Shown here piece after piece: positions 37,203 to 50,511 of a DNA stretch of 64,000 nt. The stretch covers positions 20,088,001 through 20,152,000 of the forward strand of contig NC_047066.1 in the NCBI RefSeq assembly GCF_902459465.1, written 5' to 3'. Position numbers and translations under genes: made by a program. Under the pieces are notes generated by a model. It was not told the DNA's origin. It worked only from the letters and a program-made list of their open reading frames with translations, and made no database searches. This stretch comes from Asterias rubens (lineage: Eukaryota). Every line of letters begins with the position of its first letter. Within the stretch, counting starts at the first letter, position 1.

Positions 37203-37561
37203 TACTCAAAATAATTGTTAGTATAACAACTTACATGTACTTGGTAATGAGCAATGAGAGTTGTTGACGAGAGTATTCAAAATTGTGAGAAACGGCTCCT
37301 TCTTTCTGTTAAGTAACATAGTTTTTGAGAAAGAGGTAATTTGTCACTCAAATATTAAAAGACTTCAGAACTGATCTGAAAGCTCACAAATTTGTGCACC
37401 AAGGGTGTTTTTCTTTCATTATTCTCTTGCAACTTTGCACCAATTGAGCCCAAATTGTCTCATTTGTTATATTATTATGCATACGTTTAGGTAACACAAA
37501 GTAGTCCTATACACCAAGTGTGAATACTGGTCTTTAATATTACCAAAGGTCTCCAGTGCCT
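37203..37561 (+). mobile_element. TTAA-flanked Kolobok-like MITE, 5' end degenerate
   Basis: Body tactcaaaataatt..gtgagaaacggctcc..aagggtgttttttctttcatt..; 3' end ccagtgcct|ttaa. Confidence 0.75.
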
Positions 37562-38859
37562 TTAAAAGTACCTTTCTTAAACCTAGACTTGGTAATCATA
37601 TACCTGTTGACAGATAAGCACAATATTGTAGCAAATTGTTGGTTTTAGGAGGTATGGAAATTGTTAAAGGGGTTTCGCCACTTGGATATTTTTTTCCAGG
37701 AAAAGAAAACATTGATTTGTGATTATTGAAACTAGGGGCAGTGGGTAGCTGTATCTGCATTCCAATACACAAGTCCCTCTTGGAAATAAATTGCCTTGGC
37801 AAACATGACTGAGTTATCCTGACAGCGCCTGTTTGGACAGCAATTTTTCATTTGGGAGAGATAATTACCCCCTGAATTACCCATGTTAGTGTTCAAGGGA
37901 GGAGTACAAATACCTCCAACAATGCTGGAAATCAACCTAGCATGATATGCAGGTTGATTGACAGCTCGGACTGTACCACTTCTCTGGTACATGTAGGGGT
38001 GTTTTCCTCCAGACGGGTAGGAGGGTCGGTGGTGATCTTTTCACTATTTGCTAGGAAAGGCTTCTGTGGATGAATGAAGTAAGGCTATGCTTCATCTTGG
38101 ATATGACTTGTGGTGGGACTATAAATGTAGCAGCTTTGTTTTAAGACCAGATTTATAAACCCCTTAAAGTGTAATGTACCTTGCCTGGTAGGCTTGATTG
38201 GCACCTGTCACTTGGCTATTGACCCTGCAGAAATCCTTGCACCTGCAGATTAAGCCAGATTCTTACAAGATAAAAATTGTGTTGGCCATTTGATCCCCCT
38301 CCATGTTGCCAGTGTGGGTTTTGGGGTGTTTGTTTCATGGTTCCATGGCAGAAACAGGGCAACCATTAATGGATTTGTGGAACCCAAAAGATGAAAAGTT
38401 TCCCCAAGTTTGTAGTCCTTGCAAGAATATGTACTGGTGTGGGACTACTTGAGGAGTTGCAGGGGTATGCTGTGTGTAGTGCTTGACTGTATGTTTTGGG
38501 TTGGTGGTTTTTGTTCCCTTTATAGACTCAATTCCAAGACATGTAAAGAATTGGGTATACATGCTAACCCTGTAGAAGACCATTGAGTTCATTTGGTAAT
38601 TGCTTGACTGAGTCCTAACAATGCCAACAACAACCCAAGCAGGAAATAGGAGTAGGTTTGCATTGAGCTGTCCAACAAGTTCTGAATGGCATTGTTGCGT
38701 TTGCCAAAATCCAATTCAAAGCCTTATGTGAAAGGCTTTACATACATTGTACTCTGTTGAGCATGTTGGGATTGGTTGAGTTAATACTGTAAGTTCCTGG
38801 ATATAAGGGCAAGAACTGAACTAAAATAATAATACATCATTATAATACAAACTTTTAAG

Positions 38860-39253
38860 CGCACTTTCCAAAAAAAGATTACTCAAGGCACTCCAGAAAA
38901 GATACTAAACTACACAGTATCAATCCCTCTTCAGAAAATTACATACAAACAAAATCTTAATAACTTGCAGTAAACAGAAGTTTCTTAACTTGAGTTGAAA
39001 TGTGTTGAGAGAGTGAATGTGACTGAGTCTCTGGGCTTGTACCATAATACTGGTGCTATGTGAGAAAATGCTTGATCGCCATATTGGATTGTACAAGATT
39101 TAGGTACAATATGAGTCGGGTTGAGGCAGTAGAACAGAGAGCATAACCAGAGTGTCTTGGTTGAAGAAGATCTGTGGTGGATGGCTGCAGAGTCTTGGAG
39201 TACATTAAATAAGACAAGAACGAGGACCTTGTATTCAATACGTTTTTGGTACC
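38860..39253 (-). mobile_element. L2/Crack-type LINE 3' fragment
   Basis: The minus-strand peptide WYQKRIEYKVLVL...IVPKSCTIQYGDQAFSHIAPVLW matches the recalled L2 ORF2 end (W..KQRI.YK.L....YG.RAFS..AP.LW). Confidence 0.75.
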
Positions 39254-39301
39254 AGGAGCCAGTTGAGAAGGCTGGACTTTTGCTATTTTCTAGCCCATCT
39301 G

Positions 39302-39551
39302 GGCCCAAATTCATGGCTCTGGTTACCCTAAGCACAGAATCGGCGCTTACGGAAGCAAGGAATTCTGTGCTAACGGCAAGCGTATTTCACGGGCTAGCGG
39401 AGAATTTTGGCTTCTGCGCATGTGAATCGGCATTACTTGGCATTTTATAGATGCTTACAGGGCTAGCGCAGAAATTCAGTTCTTGCATGAAGCGGGGAAT
39501 CGTGATCGTAAGCGCAGAATTAGGCGGTACGCAGAGCCATGAAATTGGGCC
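39302..39551. mobile_element. Full-length Harbinger/PIF-like MITE
   Basis: ctg|ggcccaaattcatggctctg ... cagagccatgaaattgggcc|cag, with about 20-bp TIRs. Confidence 0.8.
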
Positions 39552-40624
39552 CAGGCTGGTCATTGGAACACCGTGCAGACTCAGCGACCCACTGGGTCCA
39601 CTTTCTGCTATCCTCCTTAGCCCACTGTGAGATTGCAAAATTCAAACCTGTCCAATCGTTGTTGTTGTCTTCCTCTTTTCCTTCCTCATCTAACTGTTCC
39701 TTCAAGTATGGTTTGGGCAATCCTGATGATCTTGAAATATGTCCATACCAATTATACAGTGCCTTGGAAAGATTTACAAGGTGCTGTGGCACAATCTGCA
39801 TGCCAGAAGTACTGGGGCAACTCCCTTCTCTTATTGATAAACATAGACCTACTTTGGTGAACACATGAGGCTTATGCAGCGTTCCCCCTTAACAGTGGTC
39901 CGCTGGCCAAATGCCAGTTAAAACGCCAGAGGAAGGTTATAAATTATCTGTAAGTTAATGGTGAAAAGGGTGATATTTTATTTGGAATATGGACCAGTGA
40001 AAAGGGTGGTGCACCAGTGAAGTGTCAAGATAACTGGTCCCACTCGCAAGTTACTAAAAAAGTTAAGGGCAACCCCTGTAATGACAGTATGAAATCAGAG
40101 TATACTTATTAGTTCTTTCCTAAGCCTGTAAAACTCTTCTGAATTAATTTCATGGAACTACCTTCATAAGATAAAAGACAAGATTAGATTTCAAGAATTT
40201 ATATAACAAGCATTACATGTATAGGATTTGAGGCATTGCAGCCTATTTTCTATACCATTCGCCCGGGTAATAGTTAACAAATCAGGACAGTTGTTTTCAG
40301 AACTGAGAAGTATCCCAAACCCCCGAACATCTACTCAGCGGTAGTAGAATAAAAGCAAGACAGTTCTCTAAGAACAAACTCTACCTGGCAAGTACCGGTA
40401 TACACACATGGTGTTACCGCAAACCAAGAAAAGTATTACATGGCTGAATATTATCAAACATGACCGAGCTACCATGAAGCTTGGTATTCAATTGGCTATC
40501 AAAGTTATATACCAAAAACAATTTGCCATGTTGTGGCCGAACAGTCAATTGTGCATCAGACTCAAGTTTGTACAGAAGATTGTTATAACTTGTTTTTACC
40601 CTTATATCGACTGTATTATGCATC

Positions 40625-41035
40625 AGTACTTTCCCATACTCAGTGAAGTCCATAGGAAAGTCACTCGTGTGGGATTCGAACCCATGACCTTTGCTAGAGC
40701 ACATGTCTTACCACTACCCAGGTCAAAATTCCAGTTGAACCTAGTTAACTGGGGTCAACTGGTTCAACTGGAAAGTGACCAAACTCGTCCATTTTCCATA
40801 TTAACCAACTGGTTTGGACTAGGTTTAACTGTGTTCAACTAGGTTGAAATTATAAACCAGTTGGTTTCTGTCCATTTTCCATATTAAACCAACTGGTTTT
40901 AACTGTGTTTAACTAGTTTATCAACTGGTTTCAACTAGTTCCAGTTAAACCCAGTTTAACTAGGTTCAACTGGAATTTGGACCTGGGTAGACCACCGAGC
41001 TAGGTGGCTAGAGGCAGTTTGAATCCTATGTGTTA
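40625..41035 (-). mobile_element. tRNA-derived SINE interrupted by a MITE
   Basis: With the insert removed, the minus strand reads ctcggtggtctagtggtaagacatgtgctctagcaaaggtcatgggttcgaatcccacacgag, the same family as 28001-28241. Confidence 0.8.
40717..40987. mobile_element. 271-bp MITE with long TIRs and a TA TSD
   Basis: ta|cccaggtcaaaattccagttgaacctagttaactggg ... cccagtttaactaggttcaactggaatttggacctggg|ta; the interior is made of aact(a/g)gtt motifs. Confidence 0.9.
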
Positions 41036-42264
41036 GCAGCGGGCACCACAACAATTTTAATACGTGTTATTTTTGCATTTGGTACAAAGAATTTAGTTTG
41101 TTTCTACCCTTACAACGTATACTTAAACACTGTATACTTAGTACTTTTCGGAGTTGTATTGAGTTGTATTTATTTCCATTGATAGAGTAGCGAAGGTCAT
41201 CCTGTTTATTGATTTTAATAGATTGAAGCTTCTGGTTGGTAGTTTACTCTTTGGATTCATCAATACAGCTCTTCTATCCATAAAAGACCCAGTTAACTTT
41301 AAACCTAATGAATCAAATCTTCTCCTGTTTACTGAAGAAGCATTTCCTGTCTGATTATCGGATTAATCCTCGTCGCTACAAGTGATTTTTTTGTCCTTGC
41401 CATGAAATTCAATGACTTAACTACTTCACCCTGGTAAGCATACAGTTTCCCCGGTACCCGAAGTGGTGAATGGTTGGTGGACCACTAATCCGTGTGGAAT
41501 TAAAGAGAGGCAATTGTTTGATTAGGCCAAGTAAAAAAAATACCAGTTGTCGTCCGGGTTTTTCCAAAAAGAGGATGGGGTCCTTTTTGATTTGTTTTTT
41601 TTATTTCTTTCAAAGGTGGCCGCCAAGCATTTTAATTATTCAAACTATGGCCACCAATTCTTCAAGTTAAAGCTACCGCAATACTTAATGTAGTTAAAAG
41701 TTCTTAAATTATTAGTAAGTTTAATGGGAAGTACACAGGAAAATGTGTACTAAAAAATATAAATAAAAAAAATTAATAAAAGGATGCAGCCTCAACGATG
41801 AGGGGGAACAATCTACTGGTATTTTTTGTTATTTTGGCCTTATCATATCAAGGGGCTTATACTTTGTATGGACTGAAGAGGGCTGATTTGTATGCACAGT
41901 GATGTGTCATCAGGGGGCCAGTGTATACTGTCGCCATACCAACTAACGAGAATGCCATTTGAATTCATCAGGAATCGGGATGTTGATATATGCAACTGGG
42001 TGTCAAAACCCCTTATGAGGTTAGAGTTGTATAATGTGTCGATAATGATGACATAAGTGTGATTAGGAGCACTTAGTAATACCCCCCCCCCCCCCATCTG
42101 AATTTTTTTATCGGATAGTAGCCTACTTGCTTTAAAGATGGTAATGGTAGTAAATAAAGCGTTCTGAAAAATGATTTTGTCAGAAGTGTCACTTGTTGAT
42201 TAGAAATCAGTACGGTAATGTTTATCGAGGAACTTGCGAAAAAGAAGCTATTTTTAATCCCCAA

Positions 42265-42381
42265 AACGCAGGTGTGCATATTGGGTGCCAGACTAAGACT
42301 GCACATTGTGTTGGGCATGCCTTGAACCTCGCTCTCAAAGGGGCTTGCTACGAGGAAAATGTACATTTGAATAGGAACTTT
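42265..42381 (+). pseudogene. Decayed hAT-superfamily transposase fragment
   Basis: NAGV...AHCVGHALNLALKGAC...RNF resembles the hAT CxxH motif HC.xH.LNL.L..AC....RNF. The flanking frame is not intact. Confidence 0.45.
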
Positions 42382-43496
42382 GCAAAGGGCACCACACATT
42401 TTTGCTGTGGGTACCATGGTGACATGTGTTACTTCGAGACCTGGTCATGCAACATACGGACCCCAACAAATGGCACCGATATTCCTATAGTTTTAGTTTT
42501 AGTTTTATTAGACTTTAGCACCCATGTGACCAAAGAAAGAGTATTGTTCCTTACAGTAGGAACAGGTGCAGGTGCTAAACACTAATATGGAAGTATCTGA
42601 GCAGTAATGAATTCTGTGAAGACACATTGATTCGTAATTATTCAACCTCAAAGTGTGACTCATCAATTGTTGGATAACAAAATTGTGTTAATAGAATAAA
42701 GGTTGTCTATTCCTTCTATTCAGTCTGGAATTTCCTAGAACACCTCAAGACCACAGGGCTTGTGTTTGTGTTTTCCTTGTAGTCCAAACTTTATCTGACA
42801 GGCAATATCACTTTATATATTTAAAACATAGGGGTTTTCACTTACTTACAAGACGTCTGCCAGGACTAAAAGGGCGTTAGTGCTGCAATTTGTGTGGGTT
42901 TAACACATTGTATGCAATTCTAAGAACATTTTTAAATTTTTAATCTTACCAATGTTGTAAGCACCCTTTTAAGTATTTTGACACCTCATTTGTTAAATTT
43001 AAAGTCAATTTGGACACCTGTAGGTAAAATGGAAAACAATCTAGCTCCCTCTATACTGAAGTCAGGGGCAGTGCTTTAAAGTCAATACTGATCTAACTTC
43101 TGAAGTATTGCCCAGATTGGCTAACATTATTCTGTCCCTGCTAAATCTCCCACTATCGGTTGCATACAAATTATATCACAACTATCCCCTGATAAAATTT
43201 ATAGCCGGATATTAAATAGCATTGTTTGGGATACTTAATATTCTACGGGGCCCTAGGCACACATATTTTTAGAGAATTTGGAATCTCTGATTTGTGTAAA
43301 AATGACAAGTAAGCTGGTTCAAGTCACACAAGGTAGACATATCATATATCACTGAATAAATCAGAGAGCTGAGGGAGTTTGAAGAATCTTCATATATTGT
43401 TGTTAAAAATTCTGGACCAGACTTATCTGGAAAAACAATGAAGGACATAAACTTGTCATAGGCCTTCTTCTTTCAATAGGGAGACTGTGAAATTTA

Positions 43497-43575
43497 GGGC
43501 TAGACGGCTCAGTTGGTAGAATGCCGGCACGTTATTTGGAGGTTGCAGGTTCAAGTTCCCCAAAAGTCAATTTCA
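43497..43575 (+). mobile_element. tRNA-like SINE head (third family)
   Basis: gggctagacggctcagttggtagaatgccggcacgtt..ggaggttgcaggttcaagt; a reverse copy is at about 44770-44842. Confidence 0.65.
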
Positions 43576-44326
43576 ATTTTTATACTATGATTGCTAACTC
43601 TGTCAAAATCCCAGAAAGTACTCATTTTCTGCAGGAAAAAGGTTTGCAGTGAAACATAGGTTTGTGTTTGGGTTTAACTTTCCTGTTTGTTTTTTGTTTC
43701 CTTGGAATTAGCTCTGTAGCGTAATTCGAAGGGATATAAAGTGCGGATACTGGTCTTTGATTACCAATGTTGTCTGTGTGCAGAGCTTGAATCAACTGGA
43801 CAGCCAGCTAGAAAGTATAGCCCACACGCAATCTTACCATGACCATGCCTCTTTTTGCCCGGCAAAACATGACGGGAACAGTGTTTTGTCAATAGAGGGC
43901 GGTTTGAATGTAAACTTAGGTCACATCGTCTACACACACAGGACTTCAGATTTGAGATTTGAAGAAAGTTATTTCTCACAAAGATTCTGGTCTTGGAAAA
44001 TAAATTCTAGTCTGGAGAACGTTTTAAGCCCAGCAGTCTTGTGGAATTTTGCCCCAATTTTGAGCCCTGTTATCTTCTTTCTGGTTCTTGTTTTCAAATG
44101 GAAGGATAAGTTTGCAAAGAGTGAGCCAGAGTGAGCTGAGGCCTGGGGCCATGGCTCCTTCAGAGCTCTGGCATGGCAAGCATTCTGGAGTCTACTTGGG
44201 TGCTATTCATGTTACACATCTACCTGTGGTACTCACTGGTATGGCAAACATGCCGAGGCCAAACTTCACTGACCTTGACTCTTTTACCTTGTTCTTAATT
44301 ACCATGTTGAGTTTTTTTTATTTTAA

Positions 44327-44682
44327 AGGCACGAAACAAGATTGGTAATTAATCAATTAATAGTAACTAGTTCTTAGATAGTGCATTTCACAATAACTGT
44401 ATCAATGTGCTTTACATTTATGAGTATAAAAACTTACTTGGTAATGAGCAACGAAGAGCTGTTGATAGAGCTGTATTGTGAGAAACAACTCCCTCTGAAG
44501 TAACATAGTTTTTAAATAAGAGATAATTTCTCACTAAATTGTTTGAATCTGACCCAGACTTCAGGCCTAAAGCCTTTCTCGAGCATCTGAAAGCACATCA
44601 ATTTGTGAATTAAGGGTGTTTTTCTTTCATCGTTGTCTTGCAACTTCGATGACCAATTGAGCCAAAATTTTCGCAGATTTTG
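44327..44682 (+). mobile_element. Kolobok-like TTAA MITE, 3' end truncated
   Basis: ttaa|aggcac..ttggtaatt, with the body shared with 46757-47134. Confidence 0.7.
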
Positions 44683-45916
44683 GGGCTAGTTTTCATTAGA
44701 CACCACGTTTACACTTGACTTGGAGTTCAGAAATTATTTGACAAATAATTTGGGGTTGAATAAATAAACATTGAGAAGGACTGCTTTTGAATCTTCAACC
44801 TCCGGATTAACATGCTGGTGCTCTAACTGAGTTATCTAGCCCAAATGTTGGCAGTCTTTCTATTTTGTCAATACCTTTGTTCAGGGGTTGCCAGTGAGAA
44901 GCCATTCTACCTATACTGCTGTAGACCTTGCCAGGGATCACACCACAATTATTTGAACCCAACCCACCCAACCACCCCACTATCAGCTTTCAATTTTTTG
45001 TATTCATTTTTTTTAACTGAATTTTCTATGACTTTCAGTTGGGTTTTAAAATTCAATATTAATAATATATTATCATTTTTGTTGTGGGAAACTGAAACAA
45101 GAATTTAAAACACTGATTATTTTGAAAAGCCCTGTGGTATTCTGTGACAGAAAACTGATCAATGCCACGCATTCTATCCACCCCCTCCCACAACCCAAGT
45201 CTTAGAAATTATGGATGGTAGAAGGCAAGGTTCCTCTGCCTTCTTTAAAGGTCCGGCCATCTGCGGGACTAACCAAATTCATTTACACAATCCGATCCCT
45301 CCTCGGGATTCGTTAAGAGGTAGAAAATCTGCCCGAATGAATTGCAAATCGGCATAATCGCTGCCCGGCAACACCACCTAATGCAATTAGGGCCAGTCGT
45401 CTCGGACAGGTGTCCGACGTCGCGCGAGGACATCACCCTACTGTGGGTTCTGCTCCCTGTTGTGCTTTTACAGCGGTTTCGCGCAGAGTCGCACGCTAGG
45501 TGCCATGTAATTGTGCGTCCAGTCCAACGTAATTACCCGTGCATTTTTAACAGGAAATGCTTTTCACACTTGCTCACTCTCCCCCGCAGGTGATGCATAT
45601 CCAAAGGCTTGATGCGATAACGTGTATTGTGTTATCCATACAAATTGTATTAATTTTTTTTCTTTGAATTTCATTTAAAAATTTTTTTTTTATTATTCTG
45701 TCTTTGCCTCGCACCACTGGGTTTTGTCAACCAGGCACTTAGTCACTGTCTTTGATTTATTTGAGGTAGATGCATGTTTACAGAGAAGATTTTTTATGCA
45801 TCGTCCATTCCTACATGTAATATTAAAGAAAGGTCAAGAAATTTGTTAAACAAATTGCCGTGAGACTCACCTGTAACTTTGCGCTATAAAGTACAAAACC
45901 GATTATTATTATTTAA

Positions 45917-46195
45917 GGCTATACTTTTGGTAATTGTCAAAGACCAGTATCCTAACTTGGTGTATCCCAACGTATGCATTAAATAACAAACCTGTGAAAC
46001 TTTGGCTACAAGCATGAAAGAAGAAAACCCACCCTTGGTGAAAAGTTACCTCTTTCTTTGAAATGACATTACTTTAAAGGGGGTCGTTTCTATCAATGTT
46101 TGTTTATCAACAACTATCAAGTGCTCTGTACCACCACAGAGATTCTCTATGTGATTAATTTTTAGAGCAATTACCAAAAGGTGTATCACCCCCCC
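45917..46195 (-). mobile_element. Kolobok-like TTAA MITE, reversed and internally deleted
   Basis: ttggtaattgtcaaagaccagtat..cttggtgtatcccaac..tgcat..aataacaaacctgtga is the reverse complement of the family 3' end. Confidence 0.7.
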
Positions 46196-46756
46196 TAAAC
46201 TGACACAAAACAATTTATTATAAAACAAACAATGAACATATTCAGACAAACAATAGAAAGACAACCTCTCCATTGAAATAACCTACATTTTTAACAGTCT
46301 CGTTTTCAGCAAAACAGTAATTGTTTAACCTTCCCTTTAAAAGATTTTTGTCTGTCCTACGCATATTTTGTTATATGTCTGCATTGGACTTTAAAAAACA
46401 TAAAGCTGTGATGAAAGCACCTATCTAAAGCTGCCCTACTCCTAGCTTAACCCCTAACCCCTCTTGGCCAAGCAATTCATCACTGTTTGGATGTCGAATG
46501 TTGATGTATGGCAGGAGTGTGCCTTCAAACTCTTAGAACAACGTTTGAAGAAAGACCTCTCTGTATCTGGACAGCACTCTAGGCTGACAGAAACCATATT
46601 GCAGCGTTTATAAAAACAGTTTCTGAAAAAAAAATCCAAATATAATACAGCTCTTTTCACACTTCTGAGCCAGTTCCGGGAATAAAACCTGAGCAAAATG
46701 TGGGAGAATTTTGATTCTTTATATTCTTTATCTCAATGCAAATTTAACATCATTAA

Positions 46757-47134
46757 AGGCAGTGGACACTATAGGTAATTAGTCAAAATAATTATTAGCA
46801 TTATACCTTACCTGGTAACGAGTAATGGGGAGAGGTTGATGGTATAAAACGTTGTGGGAAATGGCTCCCTCTGAAGTGATGTAATTTTCGAGAAAGAAGT
46901 AATTTTCCACGAATTTGATTTTGAGGAGCAGATTAAGAATTTGAGGTCACAAAATCAAGCATTCGAATGCACACAACTTCAGGTGACAAGGGTGTTTTTT
47001 CTTTCATTATTATCTCGCATCTGTGACGACCAATTGAGCTCAAATTTTCACAGGTTTGTTATTTTATGCATAATGTTGAGATACACCAAGTGAGGAGACT
47101 GGTCTTTGACAATTACCAATAGTGTCCAGTGTCT
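46757..47134 (+). mobile_element. Full-length Kolobok-like MITE with TTAA TSD
   Basis: ttaa|aggcagtggacactataggtaatt ... aattaccaatagtgtccagtgtct|ttaa. TTAA with purine-starting TIRs fits Kolobok rather than piggyBac (CCC ends). Confidence 0.85.
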
Positions 47135-50100
47135 TTAAAAAGGCCTCTGCGGCCTCCTTGTTAATCCAGGCCTTATTGGTAGCAAACTGATCGGAAATGT
47201 AATAAAATATTGATTGTATACCATCTGATTAGTTTATACTACAACTCTGTCAATATCCGATCATCCATATTGATTCATTCTCAAACCCTAACTCATAAAT
47301 GTAAATTGTTTCTGCAAAGGTACATATTGACATTGATATTGTGCCAGGGCGTTCGAATGACTTCCACACACTTTGATCAATCATTGACTCGCTATTATTT
47401 TATTTTATAGTAAGGCCACATAGCAAGTTCGATTGTGGGCTTATGGCTATGGAGCTCAATTGCAACATGGTTGCAGTGGCAAGTCTTAAGTCTGGCTGAC
47501 ATGCGTCCTAAGTGCTGTTTTCCAAGACTTGTTTCAAGACAAGTTGCTAATCAAATTAGTTGAGTCTGAGTCTTAAATATGTGTCTTGAGTGCAAGAAAA
47601 GTATTATTGGTCTTACATTAAATTTACTTCCTTCAGTGTAGACACAACTTCAAATAATTTCTACAAAGTTGGATTGGGTGATTTTAACCATGTTTTAACA
47701 AAACCTGATACATAAATGTTATTCAGGTATCATGTAAAAAACTTTGACATCACTGCTTTGCTTGCCTGGTACCTACACTACATGTATGTACATGTATAGA
47801 AAGCTAGTTGTACCTCAAAAAACCTAGAAGTACCTAGTGGAAACCTGTTGGTTCCTATAAGAAACCCATTGGTACCTAGTAGAAACCTTTTAGTACATGT
47901 GTCAATTAGTAGAAACCTACGGAGGCCAGGTTCTACTTCCATGTTAGCATCTATGCTGCCTGTGGCTGGTATCCTGCTTGATTTTGCTTAGCAGAAATTG
48001 TTTTCTGCCTAAGCAGCTTTATGAAAATGGGCCCTGGGAAACAAGAGCAGAGGTGGTCTAAGTAATTGAATCAACGTGCAACAAATTGACTACAATGAGA
48101 GCGCTGGTGATTAGGGTCCAGTTAAAATCCTATAATTTGCAGCAGGTCTCCAAACAATTTAAATTATGTGATAAGTGCATCAGAATGTTACTCTGATGTG
48201 TATTTATTTTTAACCTTCAAGGAACAAGCAGTGCACATGTAATACTACCTAAGGCATCTGTATTTCATGTGACGATTAACCCAGCATAATGAAGTGATTT
48301 ATTTGATAGCGAGTCATAAAATTTGCTAACATGCAACTGTTAGCCTTCTTTTATCCAGCGATCACGGAGTTGATGATAGAGTGTTGGACATGTATGATTT
48401 AATGCGGCTTGCAGGTGTGATTGGACTTTTCACACCTACCAATGGGGTTGGCCCACCAAAGCCTAGGCCATCAAAAATAAAACTTATGTTTCTTAGAAGG
48501 AATTGATTTCTTTTATGAAGTTACTTGGAAAGTAAAATTGCACAAAAGGACAACCCACATTAAAGTCAAGCGGTGTTTAATTACATAGTAACATTGTGCT
48601 AGCGAATAAGTAGGCCTTTGGTCCCCTTTGAATCTTATGAGATAAATTCAGAACATAACCAGTCAAGATTTTCTAATTGGTTGAAGGTTAACTGGCAAAA
48701 ATAAAGTGAAGTTTTCCCCATAGAAAAATCTTTGTGGAAAACTTCACTTTTTTTTTGCCAGTTTAAGTTGACTCTTGTAGGAAACATGTCCTTGGTGATG
48801 ATTGTAGTATTCAGGGTAATCAATACCAAAGGAATGTTACAAACAAACACACTTTTTCAAATAGTGTCTTTTTAAAGGGAACCTATAGCCTGCCTTTGAT
48901 TTTTTTTAACCATTCACTTGTTTTTATCTTAGAATATTGGCCTACAATAAATCTTACTTGTGAAAATTTCAGTTCAAAAGGTGATTAGTGTTTTTGAGGT
49001 ACCGCTAAAATCTGGAGCTGTTTAGTTCACGCAGGAAGAATAATTTGTATTGGAATACACAATGCGAAAAACGCAACTGACGGTCACATTTCTCAAACTT
49101 AAATTGTGGTGGCTGAAAACTAACCCAAATACTTTAAAAGCTGTTGTACTTCTTTAATTTTAAGAGTGATTAAAAGCACATAGCTTGTTGTGAAAGACTG
49201 GCACCCTTATTTTCATACAAGATACAACAAGGCTCTGAACATCTACATGTAATTGGGGAAAAAAATCAACAATTTTCAACCTTGATTAATCTTAATAGCT
49301 CCTTAGTTTTTAACCCTGACACATATTGCCAGAGAATGCATCTTACACTCAGTCATGATATCATTTATCAAGGCTCATTCCCCAACTCCACATTTCTCTC
49401 ACTCTCAACCTCTACCCTGGTTTCAGTTGGTAATAGCTTCCATGTGCTGTAGGATCAATCCTCAGGGGCTGGTAATTCATTGAACACCAGACAGTAGTAG
49501 AAATATCAAGGTCTGTGTTAAGATGCTGACTCCTTTGAACAGTTAAAGGCACTGTATATATAGGATGAGTTGGTATTGAATTGAAAAGAAATGATCTGTT
49601 TCAATCTGAAACTTTTAATTTTATAGCTCATATTAGAGACCAATTTCTGTTTGAAGTAATCTTAGGCGGGAATTAAAGTACATTAAAAAATCACCAGACA
49701 ATAAATGAACACTAACAATAGCTAAAGGGCCCTGGCTAGCTTTTGGTCTCAGAGGTACAGGCACTCTGGCACTCAATTTTTAGCAAGCTTAGTTTTCTTA
49801 TTGAATTTGAGAGTCTGTTGCAAGATGCATGTGGAAAACCGCTGTTATTACTTCGAGACAGGCTCATTTCTGCTGAGTAGAAACATTTTAAAATCATTTT
49901 GGGGGCTTAAGCAGCTCATTGAAACTGGGCTGCTTTTAAAAGCAGAATTAAAACAGCTTTAGACAGTTTCTGCTTAGCAAAATTAAGCAGGATACCAGCC
50001 ACAGATAGTACATGTGAGATGTAACCTTATTCTGGTAAGCATACTTTGTTGTTCTTAGCTGCTTTTTGTGCTTGAGCAGTTCTTTGAAATTGGGCCCTGA

Positions 50101-50462
50101 TATTATTCATTAGGCCCTATAAGTATAACTCTGCTAACCTCCCCAGTCGATCAAAATCAAACAGCATGGTTTGTTTGATTCTGTTTGACTCAAGACTGCA
50201 CATTTTGTTTTAGTAAACTGATTAATGGGATCAGGCATACCACCACAATCAGAGTCCAACAGTTTGGGTTTGATTTAATAAAGAGTGGGTATGGGCATGG
50301 AGGTAGAAATGGTATGGGATCATTAAACAAGTTGCAAAAAATTGGCAAGCCCTAGAGACCATTACTTGCGCCCCCCTGAGTACCCTCTCTGGAGTCTCCC
50401 CAGTCAATTAACCTCTTTCAGTCGGTCCTTTGAGGCCATCCCTCCACGCCTTTCCCCTGAGG

Positions 50463-50511
50463 CCCCCTTCCCCAAGACCCCTCCCCAGACCCCTCCCCAG
50501 ACCCCTCCCCC
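50463..50511. repeat. C-rich 12-bp microrepeat (acccctccccag), G-quadruplex-capable on the minus strand
   Basis: cccccttccccaagacccctccccagacccctccccagacccctccccc. Confidence 0.75.

Noticed and set aside
48617-48628. 12-nt match to the 5' end of miR-133 (tttggtcccctt)
   Set aside because: The match stops after 12 nt and no precursor hairpin is evident.
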